Part shown: positions 30,122 to 39,894 of the stretch, in pieces
How the letters are laid out: every line of letters starts with the position of its first letter
Position numbering within the stretch: position 1 is the first letter of the stretch
Source: Candidatus Cloacimonadales bacterium
GTDB taxonomy: Bacteria; Cloacimonadota; Cloacimonadia; Cloacimonadales; JAIOQZ01
Direction of reading: 5' to 3'
Assembly: GCA_963674825.1 (NCBI GenBank)
Contig: OY771587.1
Coordinates: 256,001 to 320,000 of the forward strand
DNA: 64,000 nt
Program-made: the position numbers and the translations under genes
The notes under the pieces: model-generated
Databases searched by the model: none
What the model saw: the letters and a program-made list of their open reading frames with translations, nothing else
What the model was told of the DNA's origin: nothing

Positions 30122-31450
30122 TTACCACTTGGTTTGTGCGCCAACACACCAGCCAAATGCTGTGTCTTCGCCATAACCCGGGTAATCCTTGTTTGGCATG
30201 ACAAAAGCAAATGTGGTGTACAGGCAGGTCTTCTTTGCGAGATCATAGCTGAGGTCGATATCGAGCTCATTGCACATGTTTTCGCCAGAGATTTCCTTTC
30301 CATTGACCTTGTAGTTAGCAGAATTATCGTTGAACATGAAGAAGTTCAGACCTGCACGGAAATTCTCGATCGGGGTGATACCGCCACCGATGTTGAACAT
30401 CATGAGACCAGCAGAGCCGACATTCGCGATGTTCCAATCATTGTAACCAACTTCGTGGTTACCGGTACCGGTTCCATTCCAGCCTTCCCATTCGTCGGCG
30501 GTATCAGCATCGTCACCAGAAGCCATGTAGATTTCAAGGTTTGCGTCAACCGCCATGTTGCCAAGGTCTTTTTCGAAGTCGGCACCAAGGTCGATCATGT
30601 AGCCAGAATAGGTGTAATCGTCGCCACCGGCAGCAGCTTTTTCATTTGCACCAAACTGAACTGCAAATTCTGCGTACGGCATGAGCATGTCATCCATAAG
30701 GCTGAATTCGCCACGTGCGCCAAAGATGCTGTGCATATCAGCGACAACTTCTTTTGCATCGTCCGGATCCTGCATCGGCATGTAGTTGAGCCAGTAGTAA
30801 ACGTTCAGGTCAACCATGTCGGCAAGGTTATCCATACCGCCATTAAGACCCCAGATGGTGTACTGAACAGCTGTTTCGTTCATAGCATAGTTCGGATACT
30901 GTTCGCGAAGCATGTAATGGAAGTTAACATAGAATACATCGCTCTTGTAACCGATTCTCCAGCCATCAACCTTATCCAGGTCGCCCATGACATTTCCTGC
31001 GCCATAGACATAAGCCTTACGACCGATTTCAGCATTCAGACCATCAAAGAACAGTTTCTTGAAGCCAATGTAGGCTTCCTGAAGCTTCGGAGAGGTATCC
31101 TGCATCTTGCTACCGTCATCGTTACCGTTGCTATCGTAGTTCTTACCAAAACTGAGCCATTTGTTGCCGTTTCCATTCTCGAAACGAGTACTGATAACAG
31201 CACAAATGTCATCGTTGATCATGGTCTTGAAGTTCAGATCTGCACGAGCGCGTCCATAGGATTCAGCATCGTTGCCAGCTCCGGTATCTTCATCGAAGTC
31301 GGTATAGTCGTTCATGTTGTTCTCATAAATGAGTTCCATCGTGATACGACCACCAAATTTGAACTGCGGATAGTCTTTATCCCCAGCGATGAGAGCGGAT
31401 GTAATCGCCATCAAGCTGATTACAATGACGAAAAGAGTAATTTTCTTCAT
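30122..31450 (-). CDS. Outer-membrane beta-barrel / porin (alginate-export-like)
   Basis: Signal peptide MKKITLF, LQEAY...GR motif, alternating beta-strands, C-terminal W, own terminator. Confidence 0.65.
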   Translation of the reverse strand: MKKITLFVIVISLMAITSALIAGDKDYPQFKFGGRITMELIYENNMNDYTDFDEDTGAGNDAESYGRARADLNFKTMINDDICAVISTRFENGNGNKWLSFGKNYDSNGNDDGSKMQDTSPKLQEAYIGFKKLFFDGLNAEIGRKAYVYGAGNVMGDLDKVDGWRIGYKSDVFYVNFHYMLREQYPNYAMNETAVQYTIWGLNGGMDNLADMVDLNVYYWLNYMPMQDPDDAKEVVADMHSIFGARGEFSLMDDMLMPYAEFAVQFGANEKAAAGGDDYTYSGYMIDLGADFEKDLGNMAVDANLEIYMASGDDADTADEWEGWNGTGTGNHEVGYNDWNIANVGSAGLMMFNIGGGITPIENFRAGLNFFMFNDNSANYKVNGKEISGENMCNELDIDLSYDLAKKTCLYTTFAFVMPNKDYPGYGEDTAFGWCVGAQTKW

Positions 31451-31741
31451 CTTTCCTCCTGTTTTGGATCTTTGTTTCCTCAGTCTTATTTTTTTTTCTG
31501 ATAACCTATCTATGAAATGCGAGGCAAGTCTGTCAAGAACGAAATTTCTCTGAAAATCGCTCCACGACGAACATTCATGGATACACACCCCATGTTAAGC
31601 CCTGACAAATTGCGCGTTAATGAAAGCTTAACCAACAGACCCGGCTACGCCGCATGACTATAAACTATTTACATACAGTCGATTACAACACAAAGTACTG
31701 AATTGGGAATAATCTCGCAAACTGGCGAATTCATTGAAAAC

Positions 31742-31771
31742 AAAAAAGAACCGGAATCTGAGTTCCGGTTC
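31742..31771 (-). terminator. Intrinsic terminator of the small Cys4 protein gene
   Basis: GAACCGGAA-TCTGAG-TTCCGGTTC with U-tract on the minus strand. Confidence 0.75.
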
Positions 31772-31795
31772 ATTATATTGAAATTTTCTTGTGAC

Positions 31796-31969
31796 TTACG
31801 CTTGCTGAGGGAGCTCACGCTTGCGACAAAGCTTGCAAACTTTGGTCTTTTTGTCTGCGCCTTTCACTTCGTACAGCAGCTTGACGCCGGTACGACTACA
31901 GATCGGGCAAGTACCACGTGCGTGGTTCGGAAATTCGTTGAGTCCTTTGCCTCTATGTGCTTTCGCCAT
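31796..31969 (-). CDS. 57-aa basic protein with two CxxC motifs (putative zinc-binding); absent from the ORF track
   Basis: Manual translation MAKAHRGKGLNEFPNHARGTCPICSRTGVKLLYEVKGADKKTKVCKLCRKRELPQQA; GAGGTG RBS, upstream TTGACG, downstream terminator. Confidence 0.85.
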   Translation of the reverse strand: MAKAHRGKGLNEFPNHARGTCPICSRTGVKLLYEVKGADKKTKVCKLCRKRELPQQA

Positions 31970-32066
31970 AACTTCACCTCTTTATTGATATTACATATAG
32001 TTTTTCAATAAATTCCTGCGCCTATTCGCGTCAAGAAATATTTATATCCGGGTGCAATATCGTGGA

Positions 32067-34091
32067 TTACGCGATCCCGCATCCGTCCGGAAAATCCTTG
32101 TCTGGAACCATCACCGAGTGCTTCCCATTGTATTCTGCTGCAAGGATCATTCCCTGCGACATATGCCCCATGATTTTCCGCGGCTTCAAGTTAAGCAGCA
32201 TCGCAACCGTCTTGCCGATAAGCTCTTCCGGTTCGTACGACTTCGCGATACCAGCAACCAGATCGCGTTCTTCATCCTGTATTCGCACCCGAACCTTGAG
32301 CAGCTTGTTCGCCTTCTTGATCTTCTCTGCATGCAGAATCTTCACAAGGCGAATCTCAAGCTTCGTGAAATCTTCAAATTCGATCTCATCCTTGTGCTCA
32401 ATTGCCGGTTTGGGATCTTCTGCAGGTTTGGAGTTTGCGATCAGATGCTGAATCTGCTCTTCGATACGTTCGTCTTCGATCTTGGGGAACAGTGTTTCGA
32501 TTTCACGGATTGCGTATTTCGCTTCCGGTGTATCAAGCTCATTCCAGCTCTTGCACGCCTCAAAGCCAAACATCGCACGTAGTTGCGCCATTTTCACCGG
32601 CAGCACAGGCGTATATACGATCGAAACGATACGCAGGATCTCCGCACAGACGTACATGGTTTCCATAGCCTGTGCAGGCTCGGTCTTGACGCTTTTCCAC
32701 GGTTCGGTCTCATCAAAGTACTTATTGCCCAGGCGTGCGATGTCCATCGCTGTCCTTACTGCCTTGCGTACCTTATAGGTATCGTAACTATCCAGAATCC
32801 AACCAGCCATCTTGCGTGCTTCTTCGAGCGTCTCGATTGCTTTCTCAGTCAATGCTTCTGGACGAGTAATTTGGCCGTCGAATGACTTTTGGGCGAACTT
32901 AAACACGCGGTTCGCGAGGTTACCGAGGATGTTCGCGAGTTCACCGTTGACCCGCGCCTGGAAATCCTTCCAACTGAAGTCTGCATCCTTCGATTCAGGT
33001 GCGTTCGATGCCAGCACGTAGCGCAGAAGGTCGCCTTCGAAGTACTTCAGATAGTCTTCCACCCAGATCGCCCAGTTGCGACTGGTGGAGATTTTCTGAC
33101 CTTCGAGGTTGAGATATTCATTGGCCGGTACATCGTTCGGTAGTACATATTCTCTGTCCTGCTCCATCAGCATGGAAGGCCAGATGATGGTATGGAACGG
33201 GATGTTGTCCTTGCCAAGGAAGTGGATAAGCTTTGTCTCTGGATCGAGCCAGTAGTCTTTCCAGCGATCCGGTTCACCCATATTCTTCGCCCACTCGATG
33301 GTTGACGAGATATACCCGATCGGTGCGTCGAACCATACGTAAAGAACCTTACCGTCGGCTTCGGGCAGCGGAACCGGTACGCCCCAGTTGATGTCGCGTG
33401 TAATCGAGCGTTCGATAAGTCCTTCCTCAAGCCAGCTCATGATGAAACGGAATACGTTGTCCTTCCAATTCTCTCGTGTGTAGAGCCAGGCCTTGAGCTC
33501 CGGTTCGAATTTCGGCAAGTCCAGATACCAGTGTGTTGTCTCTTTGATCACGGGCGTGTTTCCGCAGATCTTGCATACAGGCTGACTGAGCTTGATCGCA
33601 TCGATTAGCTTCCCGCAGGCATCGCACTGATCGCCACGAGCGCCTTCCGCCCCGCAGTAAGGGCATACGCCTTCCACGTAACGATCCGCAAGGAAGCGAT
33701 TATCGTGCTCGCAGAAGTGCTGCTGCTGTGTATGCTGCGTGATGAATCCGCGGTTATATAGGCTCAGGAAGAACTCCTGTGAAAGCTTGACGTGCTCCGG
33801 ACGCGCTGTTCCGGAGAAATTATCGAACTCGAAGTTGAGTCCGTCGAAGCTACGGACGATGCTGTCGTGGAAGCGATCGACGATTTCGCGAGGTGTGACG
33901 CCCTCAGCTTCAGCACGAATCGAGATCGGCGCACCATGTTCGTCCGTTCCGCAGATATAAATTACATCTTCGCCCATCATTTTTTTATGGCGTACGAAGA
34001 TATCAGCCGGAAGATAGGCCCCGGCCACATGCCCTATATGAAGCCCCCCATTCGCGTAGGGAAGCGCACTGGTTACAAGATATTTACCCAC
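32067..34091 (-). CDS. metG: Methionine--tRNA ligase with C-terminal tRNA-binding domain
   Basis: ALPYANGGLHIGH, GTDEHG, Zn knuckles, KISTS, SQGMILAA. Confidence 0.97.
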   Translation of the reverse strand: MGKYLVTSALPYANGGLHIGHVAGAYLPADIFVRHKKMMGEDVIYICGTDEHGAPISIRAEAEGVTPREIVDRFHDSIVRSFDGLNFEFDNFSGTARPEHVKLSQEFFLSLYNRGFITQHTQQQHFCEHDNRFLADRYVEGVCPYCGAEGARGDQCDACGKLIDAIKLSQPVCKICGNTPVIKETTHWYLDLPKFEPELKAWLYTRENWKDNVFRFIMSWLEEGLIERSITRDINWGVPVPLPEADGKVLYVWFDAPIGYISSTIEWAKNMGEPDRWKDYWLDPETKLIHFLGKDNIPFHTIIWPSMLMEQDREYVLPNDVPANEYLNLEGQKISTSRNWAIWVEDYLKYFEGDLLRYVLASNAPESKDADFSWKDFQARVNGELANILGNLANRVFKFAQKSFDGQITRPEALTEKAIETLEEARKMAGWILDSYDTYKVRKAVRTAMDIARLGNKYFDETEPWKSVKTEPAQAMETMYVCAEILRIVSIVYTPVLPVKMAQLRAMFGFEACKSWNELDTPEAKYAIREIETLFPKIEDERIEEQIQHLIANSKPAEDPKPAIEHKDEIEFEDFTKLEIRLVKILHAEKIKKANKLLKVRVRIQDEERDLVAGIAKSYEPEELIGKTVAMLLNLKPRKIMGHMSQGMILAAEYNGKHSVMVPDKDFPDGCGIA

Positions 34092-34253
34092 AATTCACTC
34101 CTGTTTCGTGATGGATAAACCATGTACTCAAAACGTGTTTGGCTGTCAATGAAAGGATTCCGGGAATTTGTCTTACCATAGTAGAAAATTATCGGACTCC
34201 GTCACCTTGATTGACGAAGCCCGATTCGATAGTTTTAGTCCAATATGTTCTGA

Positions 34254-35327
34254 TTAATTCTTGATCCTCTTCTCGATGTATCTCGAATTCATAAGCCGCA
34301 GCAATCCCATGTAGTCCATCCGGAATTCCAGGAGGTCGCCTACCTTATAATTATTAGGATTGTCTTTTAAATCGATCACAAGCATATCCGAGCTCGCACC
34401 GGCAAATTGCACTTCGGTGTCAGAGCACCATATGTGCTTCTCATCGACATCCAGGAGTCCAAGATCCACGATCGCACGGAACGAAACCTTGCCGACTTCC
34501 CGGTCATCGAAATCAAAAGTCTTACCATCCACATTGGAGCCCATCATGCCAGAAGGCACACTGGGTTTCTCCATCAGTTCGATGATCTCGGCGTAGAGCT
34601 TGAAGATATCGTGCTTCATTTCTGGTATAAGGCTGTTGTTGAAAACATTCGTACCGAGATAGAGCGTTTCGCCCACACGAAAATGATTGATCCCTTTCGG
34701 GAGTGTATTCTTGAGCAAAATTGGGATCACTACGGAGCTACCTCCGGAAACATAAGGTAGATTCCGGTTGAATTTCGCCTCGATGAGCTGCTCATAAAGG
34801 CTCAATTGGATCAGCTTGTCTTCGTGCGGCAAGACACCGTACAGGCAGCTAAAATTCGTACCGATACCGACAACCTTGATATTCTCCATCTTGAAGACAC
34901 TTTTATAGAACTGCACAAATTCATCTCGCAGCACGCCTTCTCTAAGTTCTCCCATTTCCAGCATGATGATGATTTTATGAGTGATGCCTTGCTTACGGGC
35001 AGCCCGTGAAAGTGCTTTAATCGTCGCAATCTCTGTGTTAACGCTGATATCCGCATATCTCACTACGCTGGCTACATTTTTCCCTGCAGGCGGTTTGATG
35101 TAAACCGTCTCTACATCTGGTGCGAGTGCCTTGATTGTTTTAAGATTCATCAGGCGAGAATCGCAAACCTGCTTCACACCAAGTTTCAATATCTCAGTCA
35201 GAAACATCCGGTTTCCGCATAGCATCTTGGTTACAACAGCCCACTGGATATTGTTACTCACAAACAGATTGTCTAAAAACCTGTAGTTGAACTCCAGCTT
35301 TCCAACATCCATTTCCAGATATGCCAT
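34254..35327 (-). CDS. Alanine/ornithine racemase family PLP-dependent enzyme
   Basis: VVTK, DSR, GELREG, GIGTNFSCLYG, SGGSS, RVGE, GASSD. Confidence 0.85.
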   Translation of the reverse strand: MAYLEMDVGKLEFNYRFLDNLFVSNNIQWAVVTKMLCGNRMFLTEILKLGVKQVCDSRLMNLKTIKALAPDVETVYIKPPAGKNVASVVRYADISVNTEIATIKALSRAARKQGITHKIIIMLEMGELREGVLRDEFVQFYKSVFKMENIKVVGIGTNFSCLYGVLPHEDKLIQLSLYEQLIEAKFNRNLPYVSGGSSVVIPILLKNTLPKGINHFRVGETLYLGTNVFNNSLIPEMKHDIFKLYAEIIELMEKPSVPSGMMGSNVDGKTFDFDDREVGKVSFRAIVDLGLLDVDEKHIWCSDTEVQFAGASSDMLVIDLKDNPNNYKVGDLLEFRMDYMGLLRLMNSRYIEKRIKN

Positions 35328-35779
35328 TATTCCGATCCTCGTTTGTAACGCATCTCAAGATACTTGCTGGTAAATCCCACCTTTTCATATAAGAATTTTG
35401 CTGGGTTATCTGGTTCGACATGAAGTTTTAAATCGCCCTCGGTGTTTTCGATTGCTTGCTGCATGAGATATTTCCCGATCTTCTTCCCGCGGTAATCTCG
35501 ATGTACGGCAATATAAACGAGAATATTCTCGGGAATGTAGCCGTCCATACCGGTACGATTCAACACAACCGCACCCACGATCGTGCCATTTATCTCGGCT
35601 TTCAGTATCTTGCCGCCGAAAGAATCGAATTCCTTCAATGCATAATCGATTGATCTCCTGATATCATTTCGTGGGTCGCCAAATTGTTCCAAATGTTCGA
35701 AAAGAAAATCAGCAATTGCGTTCTTCGTTTCTATTGTCGGTTTTCTTTCCGGTGTATAGACTGTTAGTGTGGTATCCAT
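35327..35779 (-). CDS. GNAT N-acetyltransferase
   Basis: LVYIAVHRDYRGKKIG, NPAKFLYEKVGF; GGAGG RBS; stop overlaps the racemase start. Confidence 0.9.
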   Translation of the reverse strand: MDTTLTVYTPERKPTIETKNAIADFLFEHLEQFGDPRNDIRRSIDYALKEFDSFGGKILKAEINGTIVGAVVLNRTGMDGYIPENILVYIAVHRDYRGKKIGKYLMQQAIENTEGDLKLHVEPDNPAKFLYEKVGFTSKYLEMRYKRGSE

Positions 35780-35909
35780 CTTAAGTTCCTCCATATTGTT
35801 AAATGTGTATGTCAGGTGCAAAATCAGACGAGGCGATCACAAACCATTTGAGAGTGTTATGATAAGGTTAACGACGGTCTTTGCATTACATTTCAGAAAC
35901 ATACAAGCC

Positions 35910-35937
35910 ATTATAATCGTGTCCGCGAGGGAGTCAA
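35910..35937 (-). promoter_or_regulatory. Sigma70-type promoter of the GNAT-racemase operon
   Basis: TTGACT-16 nt-TATAAT on the minus strand. Confidence 0.7.
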
Positions 35938-36453
35938 GCATTAATTCACTGTAATTATTCACCTGGAAATTGCTCTGCCCTGAATATTCACACCTAGTTT
36001 GATTTTCGATTAAGATATTTTTTTTTATTCTTTCTTTGGCATGATACATTGAGACTCTGAATTCCAGAATGGAACACAAATCGCTTCCAACGTATTCTCT
36101 TGTAAGTAATAATGACATTCAACGCAAAAAGGGAATCATAAAAAACGTGTTTTTAAAAAAAATTTCTGGACATCATTTCTCTTCAGGCCGATATCTGGAC
36201 ATGAGTAAGTTTTGGCATACGATCTTATGATCGATTGAAATTTATTGGGGTGCTTCTGAAACAAGAATCAGTTTTGTCCATGTGAATGATGTTTGCATGA
36301 CATTTTTCTTTGCATCCCGCTGTTCTTTCACACGTTAGCAGCGTTGAGAGCGAAATGAATCTGTGACAGCAACAGAACTTGAATATCGTACAAGAAACCC
36401 AGATAAGTCGAATATTGCAACCACAATAGAAATCACACAGTTATGGAGGTGGA

Positions 36454-39400
36454 ATGAAAACGTACAATTCACGCAAATTCATGTTATTGATCAGTTTACT
36501 GATGATCGCTTTTAGCGTTCACGCAGCATATGTCGAGATTGGCACAGGCACATCCTCGACAAACTATGCGCCTTTTACAGGTCTATGGGACTATAGCTGG
36601 TCACGGTCTGTTTATCTGCAATCCGAAATCGGTATGTCGATGGACATTTCCTCACTTAGCTACTACGTTGGTTCAAATCCAGCAAATTTCACGATCGACA
36701 ATCTTTCCTGCTACATCAAACACACGTCTGACGCTACATTTACCAGCCCGGCATACATAGCCGATCCAGTTGCTGAAGGTTTTCAGCTCTGTTATACGGG
36801 AAGCCAGACATTTAATGGCGGAGGCTGGCACGAGATTAATCTCGATACAGCTTTCTCTTATAACGGTACTGACAACCTGATCATCATGTGGGATTCTCAC
36901 GATGGTAGCTGGGCAAGCGGTGGTCCTTCCTTCCTATACACAAGCGCACCAGAACGCGTTGTGTATGATGTACAGGACAGTATCTATCCGGCAGAAGATG
37001 GAACCATCAGTGATTACTTGCCGAATACCCGGTTACATTACGAACTGGTAGGTGGACCCGGGGAACCGACTACTCCCAATCCAACCGACGGTCTTACCGA
37101 CGTATCCATCAACCTGAGCAACGTTTCCTGGACATCCGGTGGCAATACAACCAACTACGATGTCTATTTCGGAACTGACTATCCTCCGACGACCATGATC
37201 GCGGACAACATGGCTGCCCTGGCAAGCTCAGTGAACCTTCCGGCCACACTCGAATACGGAACCACCTATTACTGGAAAGTGATAGCTCGTAACCTCGTTG
37301 GTGAAGTAAGCAGCCCGATCTGGAGCTTCATCACTGAAGACGAAACAATCACAACTTTCCCTTATGAGACTTCTTTCGATACATTCCCACCTACAAGCTG
37401 GGATCTTACTGGCGGAATTCGCAACTGGGCTGCATATAATAGCGGCGACCTCCATTGCGCATACGCTAACTTCTGGGGCTGGAGCACCGGCGAATGCCAT
37501 ATGAAAACCCCGTCTATGGTACTTCCCGATGCTGCAATGCTTTCCTTCAGCTGGTCTCATTTTTATAACACAAGCTATCCGAATGACGCGCTTACCGTTC
37601 AGATCAGTACTGACGGTGGCGAGAATTGGACAGAACTGTGGTACCGTGTTGGCGAGAATTTCGATTCCGGTGACGGCGCAGGCAACACATCTCCTGGCAG
37701 CTTCACTCAGGCTTCTGTTAGCCTCGCAGCATATGCCGGTCAGAATGTTATCGTGAACTTCTTAGGAACTTCAGGATATGGCCCGAACGTTTATCTCGAC
37801 GACATTTCCTTCTTCTCAAACAACTCAGCTCCGAATCCCGTCACGCTTATCGCGCCGGCTGATCTCGAAACTGAAGTACTGGTAAATGGCAACCTTGCAT
37901 GGAACGGAAGTGGCCTGGCGACTGGCTTCTATCTGTATTTTGGAACCGACAACCCGCCCACAAACATCGTCAATGGTGAAAACCAGGGCACAAATACATC
38001 ATACGCGTTCAATGGCCTTACGGCCTCGACCGTTTACTACTGGCAGGTTGTTCCCTTCAATGAAAGCGGTAGCGCAACCGGTTGCCCAATTTGGAGCTTC
38101 ACGACTCAGGTGCTGCCGACGCTTTCCGAAGAAGTATATCCTGTTGACAATGCTATCGACATTCCTCTCTCATTTGATCTGGAATGGGAAGCAAGTATTG
38201 GCGCTGATGGATACAAGGTTTTCCTTGGAACCGACGATCCTCCAACAAACATCATGAATGGTGATGTTATCGAAGACGGACTGACCGCTGCGGTTAGCGG
38301 CTTAGCTGGCGAAACTGAATATTTCTGGCAGGTCGTCCCCTTCAATACAAACGGTGACGCAATCGATGCCGAAATCTGGAGCTTCACTACCTATGGTGCT
38401 CCTGACACGACATCTGTTTACGCTCCCGCCAATAATGCAACCAATCGTCCTGAAACTGGCGCTCTCGCATGGGAACCGGTCAGTGGAGCAGACGGTTACA
38501 GGGTCAAATTCGGCACAGATAACCCGCCTACAACGGAATATGAAGTCGGAACCGACACATACTTCGATTTCGGCGTACTCGAATACAGCACAACCTATTA
38601 CTGGCAGGTTATGCCCTATAATGAAATAGGCAATGCTGCCGACTGCCCGATTTGGAACTTCACAACCACTGATACCGGCACATTTACCGGTACCGATGGT
38701 ACATACTACTTCGCGAACTCCATGGCAGACGCTGTCTCCAAGCCGACTTACCAGTGGGTCGACTTCTCAGGCCATACAGAACTCCCGGCTACCCCGGAAA
38801 ATGGTTCTGTTGACGATGGTAACTGGCTTGTCGATCTTCCGTTCAGCTTCCCGCTTTACGGTGCTGATAAGAATTCAATGTATGTAACAACCAACGGTAT
38901 TCTCATGTTCACACAATCATCACCGTACTCGAATGCGTTCATTCCGAATACATCAACACCGAACGAATTCATCGCGATTGTATGGGATGACTTCCAGTGC
39001 TACTCAACAAGTGATGTTCACATTTACTACGGTGGCGACGAAAATAGCTTCACTGTTACATACTGGCACCTTCCGCGCAGAAACGCTGCTGATTACTACA
39101 TGACCATGCAGGCTACGCTGTTCCCGGATGGTAAAATCATCATGTGCTACAACGCTGATGAATCCACAACAATGCCTTGGTACTACTCTGGCTACACTTA
39201 CTCCAGTACAATCGGTATCGAAAATGCTGACGGTACGGTAGGTGTTCAGTATCGTGCAGGCTTTGCCTCCAGCACATCCGCGATGTCCGAATGGGTTGGT
39301 GGACCGATCTTCGATCCGATCAATGGCGACCTCGCTCTTTGCTTCGGCACAGATATGAACGACCTGAACTGGCCGACCGGTGGACTCGATGCACCGACAA

Positions 39401-39702
39401 ACGTAGTGATCACGATTGACGGCAATAACGCTAACCTCACATGGGAAGCAGTTGCTGGCGCTACTGAATACGAAATCTATAGTTCTGACACACCGAATGG
39501 AACCTACTCATTCGTTACTGTCGCATTGGATACTACAGCGTCAGTCGAGATTATCGACGGTGCCAAGTTCTTCTACGTAGTTGCTACCGATGGTACGGTA
39601 CGTCACGCACAAGCACCGGTTGTCCGCAAACAGCAGGCAACCAAGAATACTGCGACTCGCACAACCGACGCGACTCGCACATCCAAGAAGATCTCTAAAT
39701 AG
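36454..39702 (+). CDS. Large secreted/surface protein with FnIII-like repeats and adhesin-like domains
   Basis: Signal peptide; four ~95-aa repeats (FGTD.PPT...YYW.V.P.N..G....IW.F.T); GGAGG RBS; terminator follows. Confidence 0.8.
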   Translation: MKTYNSRKFMLLISLLMIAFSVHAAYVEIGTGTSSTNYAPFTGLWDYSWSRSVYLQSEIGMSMDISSLSYYVGSNPANFTIDNLSCYIKHTSDATFTSPAYIADPVAEGFQLCYTGSQTFNGGGWHEINLDTAFSYNGTDNLIIMWDSHDGSWASGGPSFLYTSAPERVVYDVQDSIYPAEDGTISDYLPNTRLHYELVGGPGEPTTPNPTDGLTDVSINLSNVSWTSGGNTTNYDVYFGTDYPPTTMIADNMAALASSVNLPATLEYGTTYYWKVIARNLVGEVSSPIWSFITEDETITTFPYETSFDTFPPTSWDLTGGIRNWAAYNSGDLHCAYANFWGWSTGECHMKTPSMVLPDAAMLSFSWSHFYNTSYPNDALTVQISTDGGENWTELWYRVGENFDSGDGAGNTSPGSFTQASVSLAAYAGQNVIVNFLGTSGYGPNVYLDDISFFSNNSAPNPVTLIAPADLETEVLVNGNLAWNGSGLATGFYLYFGTDNPPTNIVNGENQGTNTSYAFNGLTASTVYYWQVVPFNESGSATGCPIWSFTTQVLPTLSEEVYPVDNAIDIPLSFDLEWEASIGADGYKVFLGTDDPPTNIMNGDVIEDGLTAAVSGLAGETEYFWQVVPFNTNGDAIDAEIWSFTTYGAPDTTSVYAPANNATNRPETGALAWEPVSGADGYRVKFGTDNPPTTEYEVGTDTYFDFGVLEYSTTYYWQVMPYNEIGNAADCPIWNFTTTDTGTFTGTDGTYYFANSMADAVSKPTYQWVDFSGHTELPATPENGSVDDGNWLVDLPFSFPLYGADKNSMYVTTNGILMFTQSSPYSNAFIPNTSTPNEFIAIVWDDFQCYSTSDVHIYYGGDENSFTVTYWHLPRRNAADYYMTMQATLFPDGKIIMCYNADESTTMPWYYSGYTYSSTIGIENADGTVGVQYRAGFASSTSAMSEWVGGPIFDPINGDLALCFGTDMNDLNWPTGGLDAPTNVVITIDGNNANLTWEAVAGATEYEIYSSDTPNGTYSFVTVALDTTASVEIIDGAKFFYVVATDGTVRHAQAPVVRKQQATKNTATRTTDATRTSKKISK

Positions 39703-39730
39703 TGGGTTAATTCCCCTCTTATTGCCATAA

Positions 39731-39765
39731 CGCCGGCTGTCCCCGCAGCCGGCATTTTCTTTTTC
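39731..39765 (+). terminator. Intrinsic terminator
   Basis: GCCGGCTG-TCCCCG-CAGCCGGC followed by a T-rich tract. Confidence 0.75.
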
Positions 39766-39841
39766 ATAAACTATTGGTACTCACACAGCGCTTACAGAAG
39801 CGGGAAATAGCATTCCTGCTGGAAGCGATGCTTTCCCCAAG

Positions 39842-39872
39842 AAAAAAGGGCAATCACCATGGATTGCCCTTT
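39842..39872 (-). terminator. Intrinsic terminator of the gltS-like gene
   Basis: AAAGGGCAATC-ACCATG-GATTGCCCTTT with U-tract on the minus strand. Confidence 0.7.
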
Positions 39873-39894
39873 CAATAAAAACATACGATAAGAA

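Noticed and set aside
35940..36450. Long AT-rich spacer as an RNA gene, or the 93-aa ORF 35837-36118
   Set aside because: No tRNA, riboswitch or other ncRNA consensus recognised; best explained as a divergent promoter region
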